Below are positions 23,397 through 35,328 of a stretch of 42,523 nt of DNA, in pieces. Origin of the DNA: Myxococcota bacterium. Lineage in GTDB: Bacteria; Myxococcota; JACRCW01. The stretch lies in the NCBI GenBank assembly GCA_040752415.1, contig JBFMGU010000067.1, forward strand, positions 1 through 42,523. The letters run 5' to 3'. The translations under genes were made by a program, and so were the position numbers. Position 1 is the stretch's first letter. Each line of letters opens with the position of its first letter. The notes beneath the pieces are model-generated. The model had not been told where the DNA came from and ran no database searches. It saw only the letters and a program-made list of their open reading frames with translations.

Positions 23397-24659
23397 TCAA
23401 GCGAGCACCACCGCCTTGGCCAGTGGCACCTGACCGGCGGTGACCGGCATGTCCGCCAGCGAGACCAGGCGCGACTCCAGCAGCACCATGACGACGAGCG
23501 CGCCCATGAGCACGTCCAAACCGGTGCGCTGGTAGAACTCCCCCGCCGTGGTGCGCCCGTCGACAATCGCCCCCACGTCCGCGCCGCGTGCGAACGACGC
23601 GAGCTTGGGAGAGGCCGAGGCGAGCGCGGGACCGGGGATGAGGTACTGCCGCTCCATCTCCGAGCCCACCACCAGCAGGCGGTCCGGCGTCAGCGCCTTG
23701 CGACACGTCTCCAGGATCACGCCAAAGGAGTTCACCTTCACCAGCGGATGACGCTGCATGAAGTCGCGCTCCTCGGAGAAACGCCAGGAGCCGGTGCGCT
23801 GCGTGGTGAGCAACGTGAGGCGCTCCCGGATGAGGTCGTGGGTGAACTTCTGCACCGCCGGGCCCTCGAGGTGACGGGTGCGGATGAGCTCTCCCATCAG
23901 CATCCCTTCTGGCACCGCGGGCCGCGGCAGGTTGGGATGGAGGAGCCTCCCCTCGACGAGCCGCTTGAACAGCGCCGCGTCGCCACCGGGCAGCACCGCC
24001 CATCCCGGCTCCCCGTTGACGAAGTAGAGCACCCCGCGCGCCGGGCCCGCGTCGACGTCCAGCCGCCCCGTCACCTCCTGCGCGAACAGGCCCATCAGGA
24101 GCGCGGAGCCGCTCCCGTCGTCGAGGCTGCCTTCCAGGAGGCTCGGCTCGTCGGGAGGGGACTCGGGCTGGGGCGCGGCGGGGGCGTCGGAGAACACGTC
24201 ACCGTCGTCGCTGGGCGGGAGCGCGGATTCCAGGTCCAGCGCCATCTGCACGTCCATCTGCACCATGGCCGTGCTCAACGCGTCAAAATCAATCGGCGCC
24301 GGACCGGCCATGGCCTTCAGCACGCGCATCCCCACCTGGTCCGGTTTCACGTCGGGAGGCAGGCACTCCACCGTCAGGCCCACCGCCTGGCGCACCTGCT
24401 CCGGCGTCGTGCCCGGCTTCAGCATCACGAAGAGGTGGATGGAGGCATGACGCTTGCGCGCCAGTCGACACAGACCGCGCAGCGACTGCAGCCGTCCCTC
24501 GGAGGCGATGAGCGCGCCAAAGTCCGCACGCCCCAACGCGGCAATCCCCTGGAAGATGTCCGGCGCCAACGCGAAGGGCTTTCCGGCGGTGGCCAACACC
24601 TGCGTCAGCGCGGCCCGACGAGGAGCGTCACCATCGACGATGAGGACCACCTTGTCCAT
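23397..24659 (-). CDS. Receiver-like domain plus DUF4388 (PatA-N-like) domain protein
   Basis: N-terminal VLIVDGD receiver-like fold; EGSL, TGRL, LYFVNG and GSWRF segments typical of DUF4388. Confidence 0.72.
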   Translation of the reverse strand: MDKVVLIVDGDAPRRAALTQVLATAGKPFALAPDIFQGIAALGRADFGALIASEGRLQSLRGLCRLARKRHASIHLFVMLKPGTTPEQVRQAVGLTVECLPPDVKPDQVGMRVLKAMAGPAPIDFDALSTAMVQMDVQMALDLESALPPSDDGDVFSDAPAAPQPESPPDEPSLLEGSLDDGSGSALLMGLFAQEVTGRLDVDAGPARGVLYFVNGEPGWAVLPGGDAALFKRLVEGRLLHPNLPRPAVPEGMLMGELIRTRHLEGPAVQKFTHDLIRERLTLLTTQRTGSWRFSEERDFMQRHPLVKVNSFGVILETCRKALTPDRLLVVGSEMERQYLIPGPALASASPKLASFARGADVGAIVDGRTTAGEFYQRTGLDVLMGALVVMVLLESRLVSLADMPVTAGQVPLAKAVVLA

Positions 24660-24781
24660 GACGGCTGGCTCCCGGGGTCCGCGCAGTATGCCGTGCCCAA
24701 CCGGGGCCCGTGCAAGTGCTTCCGTGACGTCGCCCATGTCGGAATTGGTGCGCAGGGTCCGTCGGGAGCTAGAGTCCGCGC

Positions 24782-25462
24782 ATGCTGCTGCGGCGTTTCA
24801 CGGTTTCCGCAATTGGCCCGGGGGCTCTCACGGCGGGTTTCTGCCTCGGCCTCATCGCGTGCGACCCGGAGCCCCACCTCGTCATCGACGAGCTCGCGTC
24901 GGACGCGGGCCTCCCCGGCGACACCAGCAGCAGCGGGGGCGGGACCAGCAGCACGGATTCCGGCACCGCTTCCACCGCGACCTCCACCAGCTCCGCCACG
25001 TCGTCCAGCGGCGGGGGAACGTCTTCCTCGGCGGCCTCCTCGTCGTCGGGCGGGCGGCCTTCCACCTCGTCGTCCTCGTCGTCGTCGTCGTCGTCGGGCG
25101 GGCCGGAGCCGCCGTGCCCCTCGCAGCGCACGCGCCAGCCGTTCCGCGACGTGTGGGAGATCTTCGGGCCGCCGCAGGAGCAGTGCCGCACCTGTCACTG
25201 GCCGGGCGGGCACGGTCCGGTGGACTGCTTTGTGGCGGCGGAGCGCTTCCAGGCCCACGCCGCCCTGTGTCGCTACCGCTTCCAGGATGATGGCGCCGGC
25301 GTGGGTCCGTACGAGAGCAGCAGGCTCTTCCGCGCCATCTTCGAAGGGGCCCGCTACGAGTGCCCGGAGTTCACCACCCCGCACGAGGAGTTCTACAACG
25401 CGGATCCCGACTTCGACGTCGTGGTGCGCGCCTGGTACAACGCCGCCACCGGGCAGGATTGA
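24782..25462 (+). CDS. Lipoprotein with Ser/Thr-rich linker and a CxxCH motif (putative monoheme cytochrome c)
   Basis: Lipobox LIAC, ~60-aa Ser/Thr/Gly linker, and CRTCH in the C-terminal domain. Confidence 0.55.
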   Translation: MLLRRFTVSAIGPGALTAGFCLGLIACDPEPHLVIDELASDAGLPGDTSSSGGGTSSTDSGTASTATSTSSATSSSGGGTSSSAASSSSGGRPSTSSSSSSSSSSGGPEPPCPSQRTRQPFRDVWEIFGPPQEQCRTCHWPGGHGPVDCFVAAERFQAHAALCRYRFQDDGAGVGPYESSRLFRAIFEGARYECPEFTTPHEEFYNADPDFDVVVRAWYNAATGQD

Positions 25463-25488
25463 CGAAGGACGCGCCCGCGGGACGAAGC

Positions 25489-26745
25489 ATGCAACCCTTG
25501 CCGGAGGAAGAGGAGGAGGCGCTGCTGGAGGTGTTGGCGGACTGCATCCGCGGCGTGGGCGTGGAGCGCTTCCTCTCGCGTCACCTCATCCTCCCCGAGG
25601 CACGCTTCTTCCCGGACCCCTGGGAGCCCAACGCGCGCGGAGTGGGCCGCATGGTGCGGCGGCTCATGCACCACGCCGGTCTCCCCGACGATCTCGGCGT
25701 GTACATCGGCGTCGACACGTTGCGGGAGCAGGGACCGGAGCTGCCGGATACCGACGGAGCCTGGTCGTCCCACGCCATTGGCGCGCCGGCGTTCTTCGCG
25801 GGCGTGACCCAGCGTCCCGACGGGCGGGCGCGTTGTGTGTTCGGCGTGGACCAGGCGCAGCTCCAGGACCCCGACGAGCTGGCTGGCGTGCTCGCGCACG
25901 AGGTGGCGCACGCGGTGCGTCACACGTTGGCCCTGCCCGTGGCCAACCGCGACCTCGAGGAGAAGCTCACCGACGTCACCACCGTGGTCCTGGGCTTTGG
26001 CGTTTTGACCGCGAACAACACCCTGCGCCACCGCTCGCGCAGCGACCTGTTCGGTCCGCACTTCACCACGCCGCACGCGCGCACCGAGACGGGCTACCTC
26101 TCCCCGCGCGCCATGACCTTCCTGCTCGCCGCGGTGGTGGAGGCGCGTGATCTCGACGGCACCGACGTGCGCAACGCACTGGAGCCCAACCAGGCCGCGT
26201 GGTTCACGGAGGCCCGCCAACGCCTGCGCACCACCAACGTGCGGGCCCGGCTCGGGCTCGGCGCGTCGCTTCCGCCGCCGCCTGGCGGCCCGGTGGCACC
26301 GCCGCTTCCGGCTGAGGAGGGCTGGCTCGTGGTGGTGCAGCCGGAGCGTGTCGACGAGGGCGCGCCCACGCATCCGGTGTTCCGGCTGGAGCAGACGCGA
26401 GCCAAGGCGGGCGCGGCGTTGGGGATGGTGTTGGCCGGGCTCGTGGCCACGACGGGAAGATGGCTCCACCTGCCGGAATGGCTCTCCTGGTTGCTGCTCG
26501 GGTTGGGGGCGGTGCTGGGTTGGTGGTGGGGCGCGCGGCAACGCTGGGACCGGTGCGCGGACCCCCGCTGTGGCGCGGTGATTCCGGAGGAGGCGCTGGT
26601 GTGCCCGGGTTGTCGCGGCAGCGTGGTGGGCCGTGTCGACGAGGCGGAGGACCGCCTGGCGGCCGAGGAGCTCTGGCGCAGCGAGAACCAGCCCGAGGTG
26701 GACGAGTTCACCAACGTGCGCAAACCACCCCACACCATCCAGTGA
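25489..26745 (+). CDS. Hypothetical HExxH metallopeptidase-like membrane protein with C-terminal Zn ribbon
   Basis: LAHEVAH...EKLTD, two TM helices, CADPRC..CPGC. Confidence 0.62.
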   Translation: MQPLPEEEEEALLEVLADCIRGVGVERFLSRHLILPEARFFPDPWEPNARGVGRMVRRLMHHAGLPDDLGVYIGVDTLREQGPELPDTDGAWSSHAIGAPAFFAGVTQRPDGRARCVFGVDQAQLQDPDELAGVLAHEVAHAVRHTLALPVANRDLEEKLTDVTTVVLGFGVLTANNTLRHRSRSDLFGPHFTTPHARTETGYLSPRAMTFLLAAVVEARDLDGTDVRNALEPNQAAWFTEARQRLRTTNVRARLGLGASLPPPPGGPVAPPLPAEEGWLVVVQPERVDEGAPTHPVFRLEQTRAKAGAALGMVLAGLVATTGRWLHLPEWLSWLLLGLGAVLGWWWGARQRWDRCADPRCGAVIPEEALVCPGCRGSVVGRVDEAEDRLAAEELWRSENQPEVDEFTNVRKPPHTIQ

Positions 26746-27201
26746 TCAGTACGGCTGCGGCGTGGTGGTGGTGCCCGTTTCCGTGGTGCTGCTCACCGTG
26801 AGCGTGCCCGTCATTCCCAGCTCCCGGTGATTCCCCACGGGGCAGTAGAACACGTAGCTGCCGTCTTCCTGCGGCGCGGTGACGTTGAGGGTGGCGGTCT
26901 GGCCCGCGGCCAGCTCGTCGATCTCGACCTCCCCGGCGGGCAGCTCGAACTCGATCCCGTGCACCATGGCGCCGGTGTTGACGAGTCGGACAAGCAGGAT
27001 CTCGCCGGGCCGCACGGTGATCAGGTTGGGAGAGAAGCTGTACTCGTTGGCGGTGATCTCCACGGTGCGGGCCTGGATGGGCGCCTCCACACCCGGAATG
27101 TCCCAGGTCCGGCGGCCCGCTTCCCCGCACGCGCCCAGGCCAAGGGCCAACGTCATCGTCGCCAGCAGGCTCAAACCCCGCGTCATGGTGCGTGTCGACA
27201 T
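26746..27201 (-). CDS. Cupredoxin (type-1 copper) lipoprotein
   Basis: Lipobox LGAC, FSPN.ITV, VHGI and FYCPVGNHRELGM giving His/Cys/His/Met ligands. GAGGA RBS. Confidence 0.88.
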   Translation of the reverse strand: MSTRTMTRGLSLLATMTLALGLGACGEAGRRTWDIPGVEAPIQARTVEITANEYSFSPNLITVRPGEILLVRLVNTGAMVHGIEFELPAGEVEIDELAAGQTATLNVTAPQEDGSYVFYCPVGNHRELGMTGTLTVSSTTETGTTTTPQPY

Positions 27202-27391
27202 GATGTCCTCGCTGCGGGGCTGGCTGTCCGCAGCGCACACCCCGCGTGTGACGACCAGCAGGCGGTCGTCGGGAACCTGAGGGTGGTTTAGTGTTCGCCG
27301 GGTCGCCTACAAGCTGTGCCGCCGTGGTGCCGGGACACCATTCCTCGTCGACACGGCGCGCGTGAAGGCACGGTCCACCTTGGACATCGGG

Positions 27392-30268
<2,877 letters not shown>

Positions 30269-30369
30269 GGGTGGGATCTCCCTCGTGAGGGCTGGAGCAG
30301 ATAGGACCGTGACGACGGAGAAGCAAGCGGAGGCCTGACATCCGTCCGGTGGAGGGTTAGCGTGGCGGC

Positions 30370-31152
30370 ATGAACGACTTCCTGAACCGGGATGTTCCGG
30401 CCTTTGGCAAGCGGGTGTTCCGCGTGGGGCTGTCCGCGGGCTTCGGCATCGACGAGGCGGGAATCCGCGCCGCGTTGGACGGCCCCATCAACTACGTGTT
30501 CTGGAACCCCACCGCCTTCAAGCTGCGCGGGCCGCTGCGGGATGCGTTGAAGCGCGACCGGCAGCGCTACGTGGTGGCCACCGGTCCGTCGTTCGGGTTC
30601 CTGGGCGGGTCGGTGCGTCGACGGGTGGAGCGGGCGCTCAAGGTGCTGGGGACGGAGTATCTCGACGTGCTGCAGCTGTATTGGCTGGGGAAGATGTCGG
30701 CGCTGACGGAGGGGACGCTCTCGGAGATGGTGAAGTTGCGCGAGGAGGGGAAGGTGCGCGCGCTCGGGGTGTCCATCCATGACCGCGCGCGGGCGGGCCG
30801 GCTGGCGGAGGACTCACCGCTGGACATGCTGATGATCCGTTACAACGCGGCGCATCCCGGCGCGGAGCGGGACATCTTTCCGCATCTTTCCCGTCGTCAT
30901 CCCGCGGTGGTGGCGTACACGGCCACGGCGTGGCGCCGGTTGCTGCGGGCTCCGCGCGGGTGGAGTGGCCGGACGCCAGAGGCGGCGGATTGTTATCGCT
31001 TCTGCCTGACCAACTCCCACGTCGACGTCGTGCTCATGGGGCCCTCCAGCGGCGCGCAGCTGCGGGACAACCTCCGCGCCCTGGAGAAGGGCCCGCTCTC
31101 CGACGAGGAGATGGGCTGGATGCGCGAGTTCGGCAAGGCGGTCCACGGCTAG
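30370..31152 (+). CDS. Aldo/keto reductase family protein
   Basis: LKVLGTEYLDVLQL, EEGKVRALGVS, RYNA and GPLSDEE motifs of short myxobacterial AKRs. Confidence 0.85.
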   Translation: MNDFLNRDVPAFGKRVFRVGLSAGFGIDEAGIRAALDGPINYVFWNPTAFKLRGPLRDALKRDRQRYVVATGPSFGFLGGSVRRRVERALKVLGTEYLDVLQLYWLGKMSALTEGTLSEMVKLREEGKVRALGVSIHDRARAGRLAEDSPLDMLMIRYNAAHPGAERDIFPHLSRRHPAVVAYTATAWRRLLRAPRGWSGRTPEAADCYRFCLTNSHVDVVLMGPSSGAQLRDNLRALEKGPLSDEEMGWMREFGKAVHG

Positions 31153-31159
31153 GCCGTCG

Positions 31160-31858
31160 TCACGTCCCGACGCGGAAGGGATTGAAGTCGGTGTCCCGGT
31201 CGAAGTGGTCCTCCTGCTCCGCGCGCTTGAGCCACCCCACGATCCGGTAGGTCACCGGCGTGAGCACAGCCTCCCAGCCCACCTTCAGCAGGTAGTTGGC
31301 GATCATGACCTGCACCACGTCGCTGGTGGGCCACGCGCCGAGGAAGGCGGCCGGGTAGAAGATGAGCGAGTCCACCAGCTCCCCCACGACGGTGGACCCG
31401 ATGGTGCGCGCCCACAGCATCTTCCCGTTGGTGATCACCTTCATCTTCGCGAGCACATAGGAATTCGCGAATTCACCGCAGCAGTACGCCACCAGCGAAG
31501 CAGCGACGATGCGCGGCGTGGACCCGAACACCTGCTCCAGCGCATCCTGCCCGGTGTAGCTGGGCGCCGGCGGCATGGCCACCACCACCGCGCTCATCAG
31601 CGAGGCGAACACCAGCGCCGCGAATCCCGCCCACACCACGCGACGAGAACGTGCGTAGCCGTACACCTCGGTGAGCACGTCGCCGAAGACGTAGCTGAGC
31701 GGGAAGAAGAGGATGGCGGCGCCGAACTTGAATCCGCCCACCTCCACCACCTTGGTGACGCCAATGAGTCCCGAGCAGAGCAGCACGGTGACAAAGGCGG
31801 CCATGACCTGGTCGTAATGTTTGTAGACCCGACGCTGCGGGGTGCTGGGGCTGTCCAT
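31160..31858 (-). CDS. yhhQ: Queuosine precursor transporter (VUT/YhhQ family)
   Basis: FPLSY..GDVLTEVYG, PRI..ASL.AY..GEF.N, RTIGST..GE.VDS..F and DTDFNPF motifs. Confidence 0.9.
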   Translation of the reverse strand: MDSPSTPQRRVYKHYDQVMAAFVTVLLCSGLIGVTKVVEVGGFKFGAAILFFPLSYVFGDVLTEVYGYARSRRVVWAGFAALVFASLMSAVVVAMPPAPSYTGQDALEQVFGSTPRIVAASLVAYCCGEFANSYVLAKMKVITNGKMLWARTIGSTVVGELVDSLIFYPAAFLGAWPTSDVVQVMIANYLLKVGWEAVLTPVTYRIVGWLKRAEQEDHFDRDTDFNPFRVGT

Positions 31859-31934
31859 GATGGTTCTTCCGGGAAGGCAGGCTGGTGACGAGGATGATAC
31901 GCGCCAGCCGCCGGCTCGGCCCAGGGAATAGTGC

Positions 31935-33194
31935 TCAGGGTCCCTGCAGCTTGCGTTTCACCAGGTCCAGCAGTCGCCCCACTGGCGCGGGCGCCCAGAA
32001 GCGTTCGCCTTTTCCGTACGCGGCCTCCAGGGTGGCGCGGGTTCCGTCGGAGAGGCCCTGCAGCAGCACCGTGGCCCGACGTCGGTCCTCCTCGGAATCC
32101 ACGTCGTCCTCACGCAATCCCAGCCAGGCCTCCCGCACATGACCCGCGGTGCGCCACAACGCGCCACCCATCCGGCGCGCCAGCAGCATGGCCAGCACCA
32201 GCAGCACCAGCGCGGCCCCCCCGGTGATGACGACGAGACGCGGCAGCAGCCGGGCAGGATGCGCAGGCCACGGCGTGGCGGCCACGGTCATGATGTCCAG
32301 TCGGCCCACCGGGGTATCCACCATCGCCGAGGCGCTGCCCAGCGCGAGCCTCCCGTCGTCGAGCGCGGGGTACAGGTGGGCCACCACTCCTTGCGCGGAG
32401 CTGGCCTGGGCCACGCCGTGCAGGTCCAGCGCGCGGGTCTTGCCGCTCTTGACGTCGTCAAACGCACCCTTGAGCGCGCCGCGTTCGGGGCCGCCGTGCA
32501 CGTAGCCCACCGGGACTCCGTCCAGCATCATGAGGGAATCCAGGCGTGCGCCCTCGAGGACGGGCGGGGCGGGCAGGGAATCCATGCGCAGGTCGGCCCA
32601 GGCCACGCGCGCGAATTGTCGACGAGCCAGGCGCACCACGGCGCGGTTCCCATCGCGGTAGGCCAGGATGGGCAAGGTGGTGTTGTGCTTGGCCATGTCG
32701 GTGGCGGACAGGGCCATGAGGGCCACCCGCGCCACGTCGACGGCGGAGGGAAAGGGCGGTCCGCTGAGGGCCTGGAAGGCCTGCATGCCCACGCGGTCCA
32801 GGCATTTGCCGCCGGGAAGCTCCACCAGGGAAAGCGGTGCCGGCGCGGAAACGTCGACGAGCCCCGCGCGCACCACGGCCTGCGGCCAGGCCACGTCGCA
32901 CAGTCCCGGGGTCCAGGGCACGGCGGCCTGCGGGTCCACTTCCGGGCTGGCGCGCAGCACTTCGGTGAGCAGGGCATCCACGTTGGAAGTGGCACCACGC
33001 AGCGCGGTCTGGAGCCGCAGGTTCTCCACGGTGGCCAATCCGCGCAGCGCGCTGGGGAGCGGATGATCGGGACCCGCCTCTCGTCGACCAAAGTCCTGCC
33101 GGAGCATCTCCGCCGTCGCTCCCACCGCCACGGCAAGGCAGAGGAGCGCGCACAGCAGGATGCGACGGACGGGTCGGATGCGCAGCGCGTTCAC
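31935..33194 (-). CDS. Hypothetical protein with N- and C-proximal TM helices flanking an extracytoplasmic domain
   Basis: GTG 33194 overlaps the upstream stop (GTGA). Two hydrophobic helices; no recognised motif. Confidence 0.55.
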   Translation of the reverse strand: MNALRIRPVRRILLCALLCLAVAVGATAEMLRQDFGRREAGPDHPLPSALRGLATVENLRLQTALRGATSNVDALLTEVLRASPEVDPQAAVPWTPGLCDVAWPQAVVRAGLVDVSAPAPLSLVELPGGKCLDRVGMQAFQALSGPPFPSAVDVARVALMALSATDMAKHNTTLPILAYRDGNRAVVRLARRQFARVAWADLRMDSLPAPPVLEGARLDSLMMLDGVPVGYVHGGPERGALKGAFDDVKSGKTRALDLHGVAQASSAQGVVAHLYPALDDGRLALGSASAMVDTPVGRLDIMTVAATPWPAHPARLLPRLVVITGGAALVLLVLAMLLARRMGGALWRTAGHVREAWLGLREDDVDSEEDRRRATVLLQGLSDGTRATLEAAYGKGERFWAPAPVGRLLDLVKRKLQGP

Positions 33195-34171
33195 GGCTTC
33201 ACCTCGCGCATGACCGAGCAGGCGGTGCGGGCATCCAGCGACTTGGCGGCGGAGCAGACCGCGCGGGAGTGGGGAACACCACGCAGCGACGACAACGCGC
33301 CCCCGCGCGCCCATTCCTCCGGCCCCACGGTGAGGGCCTCCTCGAAGACCTTCTGCCCGTCGACGGAGATGGTGACGGCATCCCCGCTCTGCAGCGCGCC
33401 GGCGCCGCACAGTCGCACGCGTGCGGCCTTCGGGGTGGAGGGGGGCAGCTTGAGGACGGCGCTGTCGCCGTGGAGGGTCATGGTCTGTCCCTCGCGCTGG
33501 ATCTTGATGGTGGCCATTCCGACGGGGAGCGCGTGACCGAGGATCACGCTGATGCAGCTCTCGTCGTTGGAGACGTGATTGATGAGCGCCACGGTTTCCC
33601 TGGGCGGAGCCACCGCGGCGCCACCCTGCCACGCCTCGTCGGCGAGCGCGGAGCGGAGCTGCAGCTTCGGGTCATTCCCCGCTTCCCCGCCCAGCAGTGC
33701 CGCGCGTTGGAGCAGGCGCTTGCGGGACATCTCGGGTCCGTTGTGCAGCCACTGCGCGGTGCGGGCCTGCAGCGCACTGGCCGCGGCGTGCTCGCGCGAG
33801 TCCAGGATGTCCACCACGGTCTTCACCCCGTCGACATTCCCGGCTGCGGCCAGCTCCGTGGCGAGCATGCGCGCGTGCGCCAGCACCACGGGAATCTGGT
33901 GGTCGCCGGCGCAGGCCAACGCCTTGCGCAGCGCATTCGCGGTCTCGCGCGCGTCGTCAGCTTGGGTGAGCCCGTGGATGACGTCGGCGTGAGCGTGGCT
34001 GAGCGCATCCACCTCCTTCTGGCACGGCCCCTGGGGCGTCGTTGGCCTGCACGCCGTCACCGGCACGCCCACGCCCGCAAGCAACACCAGCAGCCCCACC
34101 GTCGTCGACGTGCCCAGCCGATGAACCTGCCCTCCCGACGTCACCGCGCGCCCCACCTTGAGCCTGTTCAT
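33191..34171 (-). CDS. Hypothetical exported protein / lipoprotein
   Basis: ATGA overlap with yjbQ. Hydrophobic leader ending VTAC; several Cys residues. Confidence 0.55.
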   Translation of the reverse strand: MNRLKVGRAVTSGGQVHRLGTSTTVGLLVLLAGVGVPVTACRPTTPQGPCQKEVDALSHAHADVIHGLTQADDARETANALRKALACAGDHQIPVVLAHARMLATELAAAGNVDGVKTVVDILDSREHAAASALQARTAQWLHNGPEMSRKRLLQRAALLGGEAGNDPKLQLRSALADEAWQGGAAVAPPRETVALINHVSNDESCISVILGHALPVGMATIKIQREGQTMTLHGDSAVLKLPPSTPKAARVRLCGAGALQSGDAVTISVDGQKVFEEALTVGPEEWARGGALSSLRGVPHSRAVCSAAKSLDARTACSVMREVKP

Positions 34172-34581
34172 TCGCCCATCACCTTGATGATGAGCCGCTT
34201 GTCCCGCTGCCCATCAAACTCCGCGTAGAAGATCTGCTGCCACGGTCCCAGGTCCAGTTTTCCCGCCGTCACCGGCACCATCACCTGGTGCCCCACGACG
34301 AGATTCCGGAGGTGTGCCCCGCCGTTGTCCTCGCCGGTGAGGTGGTGCCGGTAGTCGCGGTCCATGGGCGCCAGTCCGTCGAGCCACTGGAGGATGTCCT
34401 GGTGCAGCCCTGGCTCGTCGTCATTGATGAACACGCCGGCGGTGATGTGCATGGCGCTGACCAGGGTCATGCCCTCCTGGATGCCGGCCTGCTGGGTGGT
34501 CTGCGCCACCTCGTCGGTGATCCGCACCAGCTCGGTGCGCCGACGGGTGTGCATGGTGAGGTAGCGGGTATGGGCCTTCAT
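34168..34581 (-). CDS. yjbQ: YjbQ / UPF0047 family protein
   Basis: MHITAG..IND, YRHH.TGEDN..AHL and [14 protein letters not shown] motifs. Confidence 0.92.
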   Translation of the reverse strand: MKAHTRYLTMHTRRRTELVRITDEVAQTTQQAGIQEGMTLVSAMHITAGVFINDDEPGLHQDILQWLDGLAPMDRDYRHHLTGEDNGGAHLRNLVVGHQVMVPVTAGKLDLGPWQQIFYAEFDGQRDKRLIIKVMGE

Positions 34582-34649
34582 GATGCTGGGACCCTAGCGT
34601 GGCCATTGCGGCTGCGTCTTGCTTTGCGCGTGCGCTGCCGCGTGCCAGG

Positions 34650-34892
34650 ATGCGGGTCACCGTGATTCGCGACGACGCCGTGCAACAGGCCCTCGACGAC
34701 ATCCGCCCGGCCTTGCAGGCCGACGGCGGCGACGTGGAGCTGGTGGAGGTGGTGGGCACCACGGTGCGGGTACGCCTGACGGGCGCGTGCCAGGGTTGCC
34801 CGGCGGCGGACAGCACGTTGCTCTACGTGGTGCAGCGCGCGGTGCAGGAGCGTGAGCCGGAGGTGCGCTCGGTGGTGGCGGTGGCGCGCTGA
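34650..34892 (+). CDS. NifU-C / Nfu domain Fe-S carrier protein
   Basis: IRPALQADGGDVEL..GACQGCP motif. The start may instead be GTG 34662. Confidence 0.9.
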   Translation: MRVTVIRDDAVQQALDDIRPALQADGGDVELVEVVGTTVRVRLTGACQGCPAADSTLLYVVQRAVQEREPEVRSVVAVAR

Positions 34893-35328
34893 GGGCTGCG
34901 CCAGAAGAATCTGCCCAGGGCGTCGTGGCCGGCGAACACCTAAGACTAAGGGGCTGCGTCAGAACAAGTTGCCAGTTCGGTCCGATGCCCGCGAACACCT
35001 AACCCCCCACGTTCATGCCGTTCTGCGCGCTCGCCCCCCTTCCCCAGTACCAGTTTCCCGTCGTCACCGAGCCGGGGAAGGGGGGCACTCGTTTGCGGCC
35101 AACGCGATTTGTCGTCGGAAAAGAGGTCACCCGTTGACCGAGTGCCCCCCTTCCCCGGCTCGGTGACGACGGAAAATCGGTACTGGGGAAGGGGGGCGAG
35201 CGCGCAGAACGGCATGAACGTGGGGGGTTAGGTGTTCGAGGGCATCGGACCGAATTGGCCAACTTGTTCTGACGCAGCCGCTTGGGTGTTCGCCGGCCAC
35301 CCGGGCAACTTGTCCTGACGCAGCTCCC
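34891..35328. repeat. Long nested palindrome (MITE/REPIN-like non-autonomous element)
   Basis: Arms 34952-35091 and 35139-35279 are reverse complements (about 5 mismatches and 1 indel in 140 bp) around a 47-nt spacer. Further outer inverted pairs at 34925-34944 / 35281-35300 and about 34891-34919 / 35301-35328. Confidence 0.92.

Noticed and set aside
23193..26150. 985-aa plus-strand ORF and similar long shadow ORFs (4017-6434, 14988-17459, 15373-18330, 36370-38850, 39273-41222)
   Set aside because: They overlap well-supported genes in other frames, have Arg/Pro/Ala-rich or antisense-type composition, and carry no motifs beyond the real gene they include.
27285..27302. TTAGTGTTCGCCGG, resembling a module of the 34.9-35.3 kb palindrome
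   Set aside because: The match is too short and isolated to distinguish from chance.
31859..31934. preQ1 riboswitch upstream of the queuosine precursor transporter
   Set aside because: The leader lacks the recognisable preQ1-I stem-loop and A-rich tail.
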